A stretch of 64,000 nucleotides of DNA from Candidatus Tayloriibacteriota bacterium. GTDB taxonomy: Bacteria; Patescibacteriota; Minisyncoccia; Phycocordibacterales; PALSA-1337. The stretch spans positions 91,787 to 155,786 of the forward strand of contig JACRJP010000004.1 in NCBI GenBank assembly GCA_016215455.1, written 5' to 3'. Under the pieces are notes generated by a model, which saw only the letters and a program-made list of their open reading frames with translations, was not told the DNA's origin and searched no databases. The position numbers were made by a program, and so were the translations under genes. This document shows positions 9,439 to 18,974 of the stretch, piece after piece; the stretch's first letter is position 1, and every line of letters starts with the position of its first letter.

Positions 9439-10161
9439 TTAAATTAAAATTCCAATTTTCTTTAAAATCCCTTGTTTAACAATATTTGTGAATTTGGGTA
9501 GGCTTATTTGTGTGTAAAAACTTTCCCATCTTCTTTCTCCCCCTTTCTTATTTATAGAATATCCAGCAAATACATCAAAAAGTCCGTATTGGTTGTCTGA
9601 AAATGCGAATGGTGTTGTGGGTCCAAATTCATGTAAAACATAATTACGTATGTTATATAGGTGTTGTGCTACTACATCTATATATTTATCTATATTTTTC
9701 AAATTTCTATCTAGAGTTTGGTAGGATGGACCATAATCAGTATACCGACTCTCCTTAAACAATTCATGATATACCCTTTGATATCCACCTCCCGCTTCAT
9801 CTCTAATTTTTAGATTATCTAACAAATACAATTTATCAATTTTCTCTAATCGTCTCAGGAAAGATTTGAAATCGTCTATCAAATTATTGTTCTCTTCAAC
9901 TGCATCAATTAAAATAAACAAAAGAACGGGACGGAGTCTGTTTTCATCCTTGGCAATCTGAGTATCTAGTGATTGATAAAACGCAATTGAAAACAGAAAC
10001 CGTGTTGCATAATCTTCATTAAGCCCATTTAATGTACTAACAAATACTTCTCTATCAGAAAAGCCTACATCCTTAAAAAACTCTAGACAAGTACTTATAT
10101 ACCTCTCCTTTATATCAGATTCCATATTCTTGAGAATTGTATTTCTTAGATCTGTCACCAT
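9439..10161 (-). CDS. hypothetical protein with HEPN-like RxxxxH motif
   Basis: LYNIRNYVLHE in a helical AT-rich protein; first gene 3' of tRNA-Glu. Confidence 0.55.
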   Translation of the reverse strand: MVTDLRNTILKNMESDIKERYISTCLEFFKDVGFSDREVFVSTLNGLNEDYATRFLFSIAFYQSLDTQIAKDENRLRPVLLFILIDAVEENNNLIDDFKSFLRRLEKIDKLYLLDNLKIRDEAGGGYQRVYHELFKESRYTDYGPSYQTLDRNLKNIDKYIDVVAQHLYNIRNYVLHEFGPTTPFAFSDNQYGLFDVFAGYSINKKGGERRWESFYTQISLPKFTNIVKQGILKKIGILI

Positions 10162-10213
10162 GTTCTGTACTATTATTCATAGGTATTACTATCTGCCACC
10201 TCCAGCAAATCTG

Positions 10214-10285
10214 TGACCCTACAGGGAATCGAACCCTGCTTTAAGCCTTGAGAAGGCCTTGTCCTAGCCGATAGACGATAGGGCC
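10214..10285 (-). tRNA. tRNA-Glu (CTC), CCA not encoded
   Basis: Reverse complement GGCCCTATCGTCTATCGGCTAGGACAAGGCCTT-CTC-AAGGCTTAAAGCAGGGTTCGATTCCCTGTAGGGTCA folds as a cloverleaf with T-loop GTTCGAT. Confidence 0.95.
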
Positions 10286-10336
10286 ATATGTGCCAACATG
10301 GCACCACACATAAGCAACGACATAATATCCTGCTTT

Positions 10337-11707
10337 TTAGGGCTTAGCAAGCCATTCTTCATCGTGTCGTACGAGAAGTTCCTTTGCTCTATCACCCTCT
10401 TTAAGTAATGCTCGAGCAACACGTTCCATACGAATTGATTGTGAACCTTTTACAAGGACAACATCTCCTGGTGTTACAAAACTCTTGAGAAAATCTGCGG
10501 CTTCAGATGACCGTTCGAATGAATGTACTCGTGACGGATCCATACCAGCATCAAGTGCCCCTTGAGCAATTCCCTTTGAACGCATACCGACCACAACAAG
10601 TACATCAGCAGATGCTTTTGCAATTCCACCAGCACGAAGATGCTGTGGGACTGAATGTTTTCCAAGCTCCATCATATCTCCAAGAGCTGCAATCTTACGT
10701 CCTTGTGTACGAAGACCTGCAAGTTCAGCAAGTGCTTGATCCATTGCATCAGGTGATGCATTGTAACTATCATCAATGAGAGTAACTCCATTGATACCCT
10801 CAAGTATATTCATTCGACCTCGTGGAGGTTCATGATTATCAAAGGCTTTTACAACAGCCTCCAACGATATACCTCGAGCGAGAGCTACAGCAATACCACC
10901 GAGTACTGGGTACACATGCTGAAGACCAAGAACATGTACTAAATGAAGAGGTGCTGAAACTCCTTTGTAACTTACCATGAGTTTCATCCCTGCTGGAATA
11001 TTCCGACCATGTTCCACCCTATACACAGTCTCAATATCAGACGCAACAACATCAGCTTTTGAGATAACAGGCTTTTCTCCATGAAGAATATCTTGTTGTA
11101 ACGGTTTCTGAATACCAAACGTCACAATGGAAGCACCTGCTTTTACTGCTTTTTCCTTCTGAGCCATGACGATTTCATCATCAGCAGAAAGTACAGCAAC
11201 TCCTCCTTTCTTTACCCCCACAAGAAGTTGAGATTTTTCATTTGCCAGAGCTTCTGGAGTTGGAAAGAACTCAATATGAACAGGAACTTTACTAATCTTT
11301 GTAAGGACAGCAACATCAGGTCGTATCCATCGAACAATGTTCTTGATATCACCTGGATGATCTGCTCCGACTTCAACGATGAGAGTTTTAGGATAGTCTT
11401 CTTTAAGGAAAATGAGTTCAAGACCTGAGAGAAGAATTGAAAGCCATCCTGAAAGACTTCCCCATGCATTATCCTGACCGAGAATAGTGAGTGGGACACC
11501 GAGCTCGCTATTAAAACTCTTCTGATTTCTACGGATTGAGTGTGGAATGCTACTTGTTCCTGTTAGAGCGGTATAGATAGCATCTTTAGTTGATGTTTTA
11601 CCAACACTTCCCGTTACTGCAATTATCGTAGGTTTATACTTCGCCAAGATGATACGACATTCAACTTCAAGAAGAATAACAACGATTTTCTTAAGGAAAG
11701 ACTTCAT
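10337..11707 (-). CDS. murF: UDP-MurNAc-tripeptide D-Ala-D-Ala ligase
   Basis: VTGSVGKTSTK, NSELGVPLT, DDSYNASP, LGDMMELG, LVKGSQ. Confidence 0.92.
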   Translation of the reverse strand: MKSFLKKIVVILLEVECRIILAKYKPTIIAVTGSVGKTSTKDAIYTALTGTSSIPHSIRRNQKSFNSELGVPLTILGQDNAWGSLSGWLSILLSGLELIFLKEDYPKTLIVEVGADHPGDIKNIVRWIRPDVAVLTKISKVPVHIEFFPTPEALANEKSQLLVGVKKGGVAVLSADDEIVMAQKEKAVKAGASIVTFGIQKPLQQDILHGEKPVISKADVVASDIETVYRVEHGRNIPAGMKLMVSYKGVSAPLHLVHVLGLQHVYPVLGGIAVALARGISLEAVVKAFDNHEPPRGRMNILEGINGVTLIDDSYNASPDAMDQALAELAGLRTQGRKIAALGDMMELGKHSVPQHLRAGGIAKASADVLVVVGMRSKGIAQGALDAGMDPSRVHSFERSSEAADFLKSFVTPGDVVLVKGSQSIRMERVARALLKEGDRAKELLVRHDEEWLAKP

Positions 11708-12087
11708 GATGTGTAATTATTTAAAAATATCTTAAATTCTTCAAGTGTCGTAAACGTACCTTTTTCTTTGATTACTGGTGCAAATTCTTTGACAATCGCA
11801 TCAAGTTCTTCTTGAGAGACCTCAAGGAGAACTTTAGTCTCAATTGGCACGTCACAACGCCACACCTTCATGTAACCATACAGTGTGCCTGAGCCTACGA
11901 AAACATCAAGATCGTGTTTGTCTTCACTCTGATACCCTTCGATGTATCCATAGTCAACAGGATACGTCACACCCTTCAAAGGATACTTCTCCCAAACAGG
12001 ATCGTTATCAATTTCAAATGATTTATAACTCCCTTTCGGATTCTCTATCACAATCGACAGATCAGATGTGTGTACTGTATGCGGCAT
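11704..12087 (-). CDS. inorganic pyrophosphatase-family protein
   Basis: IENPKGS, YPVDYGYI, DKHDLDVF; probable start 12087. Confidence 0.75.
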   Translation of the reverse strand: MPHTVHTSDLSIVIENPKGSYKSFEIDNDPVWEKYPLKGVTYPVDYGYIEGYQSEDKHDLDVFVGSGTLYGYMKVWRCDVPIETKVLLEVSQEELDAIVKEFAPVIKEKGTFTTLEEFKIFLNNYTS

Positions 12088-12166
12088 GACATTAATTATA
12101 TACAAATTCCCTTATAAAGACAGGTATGTTAGTGTTGGAACGGATCACTCACAAAAACTCTTTACC

Positions 12167-12928
12167 ATGGAAGTCTATAGCGTCTCTCAAGTAGATTGGA
12201 CGTTGCAACTTACACCGTCAACCGATTCTCCGATTATCATGAGTGTTCCTCATGATGGACTTCCTCGAAGCGACTTCGAGGGTCTTTTTGTCCCACGAAA
12301 TTCTGGTCATCACTGTCGTGATATGTATGTCTGGAACTTTGTAAGAGACATACTCACTCATCATCCATCATATGGAATACGAGGTCTTTTACCTCGAAAA
12401 TTCGTTGACTACAATCGAGCTTGGCCACAAGCGATAAACTACTACCCTCTCACGCAAGCAGAAGCACACACAGCACTCGATGATGAGCGTTTAGTCACAG
12501 CCTGGGAAACATATCACAGAAGCATCGAATCCAACCTATCTCGTTGTATTTCAAAATTCGGTGTAAAGAGAACTCTTCTCATCGACATGCACGGATTCAT
12601 CAAACAACCCGAGTATGCTCCCCATGAAGGCTTTGATCTCATTCTAGGGACTGGAAACCGCATTACGATTCCCTACGGTAATCCAGATGAACAATTAGCC
12701 AACTACATGACTGAACGTGGGTATCACGTGTTCTTGCCTCAACCTCAATCTATTGGACCTCTCGAGGATGTTTACGCTGCGGATTTTACAACCCGACATC
12801 ACGCAGAAACTTCACGAGTCAATGCAATTCAAATTGAGATCGCGAATAAGTTTCGGACAAAGCACGGCCGTGATGCAGGTATCAAACTGGCACAATGCTT
12901 TGCTGAATTCTTTGCCACGATATCATAA
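12167..12928 (+). CDS. N-formylglutamate amidohydrolase-family protein
   Basis: SVPHDG, VDYNR, YH, IDMHGF, LGT, AIQIEI; probable start 12167. Confidence 0.8.
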   Translation: MEVYSVSQVDWTLQLTPSTDSPIIMSVPHDGLPRSDFEGLFVPRNSGHHCRDMYVWNFVRDILTHHPSYGIRGLLPRKFVDYNRAWPQAINYYPLTQAEAHTALDDERLVTAWETYHRSIESNLSRCISKFGVKRTLLIDMHGFIKQPEYAPHEGFDLILGTGNRITIPYGNPDEQLANYMTERGYHVFLPQPQSIGPLEDVYAADFTTRHHAETSRVNAIQIEIANKFRTKHGRDAGIKLAQCFAEFFATIS

Positions 12929-12958
12929 ACAGCACATAGGTTGTATTTTTATTTACAT

Positions 12959-14665
12959 CTATCTATCAGGTGGTACTTCGTAATAATTAATAAGAAACTT
13001 ATTAATATCCATAACAGGTGCAGTAAGAGTTTCAGAGGCATATTGTGCTCCCTTTGGATATACCTGATACATGAAAACAAGAAATTGCGGATTATACGCT
13101 GGGAAATAATTAAAGAACGAGTGTAGGTAGCGATCTTTGTAGTAACCACCTGCCCCACGCTCTGCTATCTGTGCTGTTCCTGTCTTTGCAGCAACAGTAT
13201 AGTGTTCATTTTTATACACTCCCTTACGAAGGGCCTCATCTACCACTCGAATGAGCATCCGAGTAATTTCTTCTGATGTTTCTTTCTTAATGACCCGAGC
13301 GCCCTCAGAATATTCGATCTCTTTGACTGATCCTCCATCATATTCAATACGTTGTACAAGGTGTGGTGTAATGAGGGTACCTCCATTTGCAAGTACAGAG
13401 AGAGCTCGGACAGTTTCAATTGGTGTTGTTGCAATACTCTGACCGAAACCCGCTGATACATGGTCAATATCCTGATTTGTTTTCAAACTATTAATACCGA
13501 CAGCTTCATTTGGTTGATCGATACCTGTCTTTTCACCGAGACCGAACCCAAGAAAATATTTTGTCATGGTTTCATTACCAAGACGCTTAACAATGAAGGC
13601 AATACCGGTGTTAAGTGACTGACTCAAAATTTCTTGCATCGGCACAACACCACGACCCTTGAAGTCGAAGTTTGAAATCTTTTTACCATCAACTTCCACG
13701 AAACCCTTGTCATCATACGTTGTAGCAGCAGTGATGACCCCAGCATCGAGACCAGCGGCAACGGTCAAAGGTTTCAAGATCGATCCCATTTCGTACACAT
13801 TCTCAACAAGAGGATTTGAATACACACGCGGGTCTTCTGATTCCTTTCGATCATTCGGGTTAAAACCTGGCAAAGCTGCCATTGCATAAATTTCACCCGT
13901 CTTTGGATTAATGACAATTGCCCCAATGGTATCAGGACTCCATTGTGCTTTTGTCTTCACAAGTACTGACTCAACATAACTCTGCACCGAAGGTTCAATC
14001 GTCGTCACAATATCACCTTGTCCTGATCGATTATTAAACACACTTGAAGTGATACCTGAAAAAAGTTCAGCAAAAAAGTTTACATACACTTCTTTGTTAT
14101 TTCTCGAAAGAGTATCTTCATAATATCGTTCGAGTCCATAACGTCCTGCAATGACATCTCCTTTATACCCAATGAAACCAATAGAATGTGCTGCTATACC
14201 GTTCGCAGGATAGGTACGCCATGTATCCTTATACGTCCTCACACCAGGAATCTTCGCAGCTTCAAGCGCAACAGCTGTATCACGATCAACGCGTTTTGCA
14301 ATCTCTTCGTATGGATCTTCTTTACGAGCTGCCTTTTCAAGAAATTGCTCTTTATCAAGAGAAATAAAAGTTTTCAATTTTTCATATACCACCTCAGTGT
14401 CGGTAATGAGCTTTGGAATAATCGCTACTGTTGCTCCATCTTTAATTCCTGCAGCAGTCACTCGAGTTCCATCTTTTACTTCAAAGAAAATAGACCCACG
14501 ATCAAATGTTGCATTGATAGGTCGAGCATACTGTCGATCTGCTTTCTCACGATAGAGATCCCCCTTAACAATCTGAATGAGATAAAGGTCACCGATAATA
14601 ACAAGAGCCGCGAGAGCAATTCCCACGGAAAGAATACGTATACGGATGTGATACTTAGAGTTCAT
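12959..14665 (-). CDS. ftsI: class B penicillin-binding protein (division transpeptidase)
   Basis: YEMGSILK (SxxK), SLN (SxN), KTGTAQ; position after rsmH and ftsL. Confidence 0.88.
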   Translation of the reverse strand: MNSKYHIRIRILSVGIALAALVIIGDLYLIQIVKGDLYREKADRQYARPINATFDRGSIFFEVKDGTRVTAAGIKDGATVAIIPKLITDTEVVYEKLKTFISLDKEQFLEKAARKEDPYEEIAKRVDRDTAVALEAAKIPGVRTYKDTWRTYPANGIAAHSIGFIGYKGDVIAGRYGLERYYEDTLSRNNKEVYVNFFAELFSGITSSVFNNRSGQGDIVTTIEPSVQSYVESVLVKTKAQWSPDTIGAIVINPKTGEIYAMAALPGFNPNDRKESEDPRVYSNPLVENVYEMGSILKPLTVAAGLDAGVITAATTYDDKGFVEVDGKKISNFDFKGRGVVPMQEILSQSLNTGIAFIVKRLGNETMTKYFLGFGLGEKTGIDQPNEAVGINSLKTNQDIDHVSAGFGQSIATTPIETVRALSVLANGGTLITPHLVQRIEYDGGSVKEIEYSEGARVIKKETSEEITRMLIRVVDEALRKGVYKNEHYTVAAKTGTAQIAERGAGGYYKDRYLHSFFNYFPAYNPQFLVFMYQVYPKGAQYASETLTAPVMDINKFLINYYEVPPDR

Positions 14666-14984
14666 TCGACAACGTAAGCTGTCCTAGAGAGCCTTTTTTA
14701 ATATAACTTAAATGATTCGCCTCTTTGAAACCTCGATCAAATGCCAATTCGAGTGTCACAGTATTCTTGAGAGCAAGATATGAAGATTCAAGATCAGCAA
14801 CACGTGATGTTGCAATACGTAACTCCTTTATCATCGCCTCACGCTCAACAACATTTACAATCGCCTTCTGAAGAAGATATCCGTATGAGATAGCGCTTAC
14901 TGCAAGAAGTGCACATAGTGTATAGAAAATACGCTCTCGGTAGAGATGAACTTTTGAAATTGTTGTTGCTACTGCTTTTGTCAT
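14655..14984 (-). CDS. FtsL-like cell division protein
   Basis: One TM plus coiled coil, located between rsmH and ftsI. Confidence 0.6.
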   Translation of the reverse strand: MTKAVATTISKVHLYRERIFYTLCALLAVSAISYGYLLQKAIVNVVEREAMIKELRIATSRVADLESSYLALKNTVTLELAFDRGFKEANHLSYIKKGSLGQLTLSNEL

Positions 14985-15009
14985 ATATAAAAATTGAACT
15001 AACTAAAAA

Positions 15010-15930
15010 TTACATAACTATCTTTTCAATAATACGGAGCTTTGCACTTCGAGCTCGCGGATTATGCATAATCTCTGCATCAGATGGCACCAAAGGCTTT
15101 TTCATCATAAGTGTCCCCTTTCCTTCATCTGATTTCTCACGAAAAAAGTTTTTAACAATACGATCTTCGAGACTGTGGAAAGAAATAACTGCCATACGTC
15201 CACCTACACTCAATCGATCAAACCCAGCAGCAATACCTTGTTTGAGAGCTCCAATTTCATCATTCACCGTAATACGGAGAGCTTGAAATGTTCGAGTTGC
15301 TGGATGAATCCGTCCAACATGATAGCTTCGTGGAGTTGCCTTCTTTATGAGTTCAACGAGCTCAAATGTTGTTGCAATCTCTTTTTCTTTACGAGCTTCA
15401 CATAGTACTCGAGCAATGCGTCGAGCGTACCGTTCTTCTCCGTACCCATAGATGATGTCTGCAATATTTGACTCATCCCATGTATTGACGATCTCCTTTG
15501 CAGTAAGATCTTCTGGAGTAAGTGTTGCAGCGTCTTTGAATGTCATGAGAAGTGGTTCGTCTCGCTTGAAACTAAAACCTCGTCCTGATGTTTCAAATTG
15601 ATCTGACGAAAGTCCAAGATCAAGCATGAAAGCATCGATATGCCCTATACCCTTTTCATCCAACTTTGTAGCAATATTTCGGTAACTATCTTGGATAAGA
15701 GTTACCGTAAGACCCTTTGCTACAGCATTTGCCAATCGCTCAGTACTTCGAGCTAACGCTCCCGCATCACGATCAAATCCAATAACATGCCCTTTGGTAC
15801 CAATCTTTTGAGCGGCCAAAAGAGCATGTCCAGCACTTCCTAGAGTTCCATCAACGTAGATGGCTCCAGGACGGAGGTTAAGACCTTCGATTGATTCATG
15901 TAAAAGAACGGTAGTGTGAATGTACTCCAT
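15010..15930 (-). CDS. rsmH: 16S rRNA m4C1402 methyltransferase
   Basis: DGTLGSAGH, DLGLSS, HPATRTFQALRI, SFHSLEDR, NPRARSAKLR. Confidence 0.96.
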   Translation of the reverse strand: MEYIHTTVLLHESIEGLNLRPGAIYVDGTLGSAGHALLAAQKIGTKGHVIGFDRDAGALARSTERLANAVAKGLTVTLIQDSYRNIATKLDEKGIGHIDAFMLDLGLSSDQFETSGRGFSFKRDEPLLMTFKDAATLTPEDLTAKEIVNTWDESNIADIIYGYGEERYARRIARVLCEARKEKEIATTFELVELIKKATPRSYHVGRIHPATRTFQALRITVNDEIGALKQGIAAGFDRLSVGGRMAVISFHSLEDRIVKNFFREKSDEGKGTLMMKKPLVPSDAEIMHNPRARSAKLRIIEKIVM

Positions 15931-15931
15931 A

Positions 15932-16366
15932 TTAGAGCATTCCTACCTGACCCAACTTTTCTGCGAGTGCATCAGCTTGCTTCTCGACTACCTTCTTGTA
16001 CTCGAGCCAAGCCTTTTCATTCCAGATTTCTGCACGTGTCTGAACTCCAATGACTACTGTCTTGTTTTTAAGTCCAGCACGTTCCTTAAGAAAATCAGGA
16101 ATGAGAATGCGACCTATCGAATCGATCTCTGCTTCAACAGCTCCTCCAAGAAGAAAGCGGTTGAAACTTCGACTGTCTGCCGACAACATTGATGATTCAG
16201 AAAGCTTTCCCGAAATCTTTTCCCATTCCTTCATCGCGAAGACGAAGATACATGAGTCAAGACCAGGAGTAAGCACAACCTTCTTCCCCATTTCTTGGCG
16301 GAACTTAGAAGGCATCGATAAACGATTCTTATCGTCGATGGTGTGGGTGTATTCTCCGATCAGCAT
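15932..16366 (-). CDS. mraZ: division/cell-wall transcriptional regulator MraZ
   Basis: MLIGEYTHTIDDKNRL, DSIGRILIP; probable start 16366. Confidence 0.95.
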   Translation of the reverse strand: MLIGEYTHTIDDKNRLSMPSKFRQEMGKKVVLTPGLDSCIFVFAMKEWEKISGKLSESSMLSADSRSFNRFLLGGAVEAEIDSIGRILIPDFLKERAGLKNKTVVIGVQTRAEIWNEKAWLEYKKVVEKQADALAEKLGQVGML

Positions 16367-16396
16367 ATGCGCGCAAGTGAGAAGAAATCTTTTATA

Positions 16397-16461
16397 CCAC
16401 TTCATCCCACTTAAGTAATATTATATACCACTCTATCCCACACACCAACATATCGCACCAC
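16397..16461 (-). promoter_or_regulatory. MraZ binding boxes (GTGG repeats)
   Basis: CCAC on + at 16397, 16407, 16428, 16438 and 16458, roughly 10-bp periodicity, upstream of mraZ. Confidence 0.75.
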
Positions 16462-16499
16462 CCTATTATGGGGATTACCTGTGTATAAGTTACAAAAGT

Positions 16500-16525
16500 A
16501 AAAACAGCCGTGTGTGGCTGTTTTT
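16500..16525. terminator. bidirectional intrinsic terminator
   Basis: AAAAACAGCC-GTGTGT-GGCTGTTTTT. Confidence 0.7.
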
Positions 16526-16591
16526 GAAAATAATAAAAATCACTCTAACGTGGTGACGGGACGGCATGTAGGTTTCATGCAATTTTTCGAT

Positions 16592-16789
16592 CTAGAGGAT
16601 CTGGGTTATTTTGATGTGAAGGCCAACCCCAACAGCCCCAAATAGAATTGCGAGGGTCAACCATAAAACCCACAGTATAGGTTCGAAACCAGACTTCCGC
16701 TTACTGAACGGAACCGGATACTTGTAGGAGAAGAAGCTCATGCTGCCCATAATGGCGGCCAAAATATAGAGGAAGGTATACGGTGTCAT
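16592..16789 (-). CDS. small orphan membrane protein (2 TM)
   Basis: Hydrophobic ORF; minus-strand TTGACC...TATAAT promoter near 16940-16910. Confidence 0.5.
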   Translation of the reverse strand: MTPYTFLYILAAIMGSMSFFSYKYPVPFSKRKSGFEPILWVLWLTLAILFGAVGVGLHIKITQIL

Positions 16790-16951
16790 ACAGATCTCCG
16801 TTTCTTTTAATTCTACCAACCAGACTTTTTTGAGGAGCTGGTTTTTGTGATACTCGTGGGTAACGAGGTGGCCTTAGACATAACTTATGTCGGAGGGCTA
16901 TCTGAGTAATATTATACAACAGATATATGATATAGGTCAATATATCATGAA

Positions 16952-18412
16952 TTATTCCTTCTCTTTCGGTCTCATAAGTGGGAATGTCTGCAACTCTCGA
17001 AGTGGCTTATCAACAAAGAAAGCAAAGAGTCGTTCGCCAAAACCGAATCCGCATGTTGGTGGCATACCGTGTTCAAGCATTTCAACAAATTCCCAATCAG
17101 CCATCATTGCTTCAGTGTCACCTGCATTAATAAGCTTCTGTTGTGCTTCAAAACGCTGTCGCTGATCGATAGGATCATTGAGTTCAGAATATCCACGACC
17201 AAGTTCACTTCCTGCGATAATAGGCTGGAACATTTGCACCACATCTTTACCTGGAACAGTTTTTGCAAGAGGACCAACAATGAGTGGGTGGTTAATGAGA
17301 AAAGCAGGACCAGTAATATTCTTACGGCAATATTTCCAAAGAGTATCGATCAATCGTTCTTTATTATCCCCTTCATACTTCACCTTGAGATCATCGAGCT
17401 TCTTCTTCATATCTTTCTCTGTTGCTGAAACAACATCGATACCCGTCTGCTTCTTTATTTCTTCAACATAGTCAATCTTCGTCCATTCATTCATGAGATC
17501 AAATGTGTGACCTCGAGTTGTGAATGATGTTGTACCAAATACTTCCTTTGCAATTGTTCGATAAAGATCCTGAACAAGAGCCATACCCATTTCATAGTCA
17601 GCATATCCCCAATAGAATTCCATATTAGTAAATTCCTGAAGATGATCAGGGCTTGAACCTTCATTACGATATACTCGGCCAATTTCAAATGTCTTTGGAA
17701 AACCAGCAGACATCAAACGCTTTTGCCAAAGTTCACCAACAGAAATGCGAAGATACACATCAAGATCATAGTCATTGTGATGTGTTTCAAATGGAGTAGC
17801 TTCTGCTCCACCTGTTGTTGTTTCAAGAGTTGGAGTTTCAACTTCAAGAAAACCTTGTTTCTTCAAAAATTCACGCGTAACATCCCAGAATTTTGACTTC
17901 TTGATCAAAAGATCACGGAGCTCGGGGTTCATGAGAATATCGAGATAACGCTTACGGTACCGTTCATCAGTATCCTGAATACCATGCCATTTGTCAGGCA
18001 AAGGAGCGATTGATTTTGTAGCAATCGTCCATGATGTCATGAGGAGACTTTGTTCACCTCGTTGAGTTACAAAAACAGTTCCTGTGACTGAGATAAAATC
18101 ACCAATATCAATACCTGCTGCAAAGAGATCAAAAAGTGTAGCATCGAGAGAGTCTTTTTTGACAACTACTTGGAATTTATCAGTACCATCATATAGAACA
18201 ACGAATTGAATCGCGCCCTGACCTCGAATAGCCATGATACGTCCTGCAACTGATATAGACTTCTGGCTTTTTTCAAGTTCAGCAAACTGAGCACGAAGTT
18301 CGGCAAGAGAAAGATCTCTCGGCACACGTGCCGGATATGGATGCATACCTGCCTTCTCGAGAATCTTTAACTTCTCAAGACGCGTTGCACGGAGTTCATC
18401 GAGAGATGCCAT
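16952..18412 (-). CDS. lysS: lysine--tRNA ligase (class II)
   Basis: OB fold, YRKRYLD, EVETP, GRVYRNEG, YSELNDP, GMPPTCG. Confidence 0.96.
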   Translation of the reverse strand: MASLDELRATRLEKLKILEKAGMHPYPARVPRDLSLAELRAQFAELEKSQKSISVAGRIMAIRGQGAIQFVVLYDGTDKFQVVVKKDSLDATLFDLFAAGIDIGDFISVTGTVFVTQRGEQSLLMTSWTIATKSIAPLPDKWHGIQDTDERYRKRYLDILMNPELRDLLIKKSKFWDVTREFLKKQGFLEVETPTLETTTGGAEATPFETHHNDYDLDVYLRISVGELWQKRLMSAGFPKTFEIGRVYRNEGSSPDHLQEFTNMEFYWGYADYEMGMALVQDLYRTIAKEVFGTTSFTTRGHTFDLMNEWTKIDYVEEIKKQTGIDVVSATEKDMKKKLDDLKVKYEGDNKERLIDTLWKYCRKNITGPAFLINHPLIVGPLAKTVPGKDVVQMFQPIIAGSELGRGYSELNDPIDQRQRFEAQQKLINAGDTEAMMADWEFVEMLEHGMPPTCGFGFGERLFAFFVDKPLRELQTFPLMRPKEKE

Positions 18413-18433
18413 ATAAATAGAGGGGTGATTGAA

Positions 18434-18907
18434 TTATTCAATCGATAGTATCTTGTAATTTACTTTGCCTTTTGGAGTATTGAAACCAACAGTATCACCC
18501 TTCTTCTTGCCTATAAGAGCCTGTCCGAGTGGTGAGAGATTTGAAACCTTACCTTCAAGCATGTTTGCTTCTTCAGAACCAACAATCTTGTATTTCTTAT
18601 TTTCTGACTCACCTTCCTTAACAACTTGTACAGTAGAACCGATACCGACTGTATCTCCTTGTCGATCTTCTCCGATAATAATAGCAGTTTTTAGGATAGC
18701 TTCGAGGTGATTAATACGATCTTCTACCTCTGCCTGTTCTGAACGAGCTTCATGGTATTCAGCATTCTCTGAAAGGTCACCAAGCTTTTTTGCGTATTCG
18801 AGACTTTCTGCAACTTCCTTGCGCCGAGTGGTCCGAAGTGTGTCGAGTTCTTTCTTAAATTCTTCAATCTTTTCTTTGGTAAGATATTGTTTTTCTTCGT
18901 TTGCCAT
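18434..18907 (-). CDS. greA: transcription elongation factor GreA
   Basis: GDLSENAEY, SPLGQALIG. Confidence 0.96.
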   Translation of the reverse strand: MANEEKQYLTKEKIEEFKKELDTLRTTRRKEVAESLEYAKKLGDLSENAEYHEARSEQAEVEDRINHLEAILKTAIIIGEDRQGDTVGIGSTVQVVKEGESENKKYKIVGSEEANMLEGKVSNLSPLGQALIGKKKGDTVGFNTPKGKVNYKILSIE

Positions 18908-18974
18908 TGTGATCGCCTAATAACGGGTTATAAGGCTATCATCATACCTAAAAAAACGTGTAAAGTAAAGTGTA

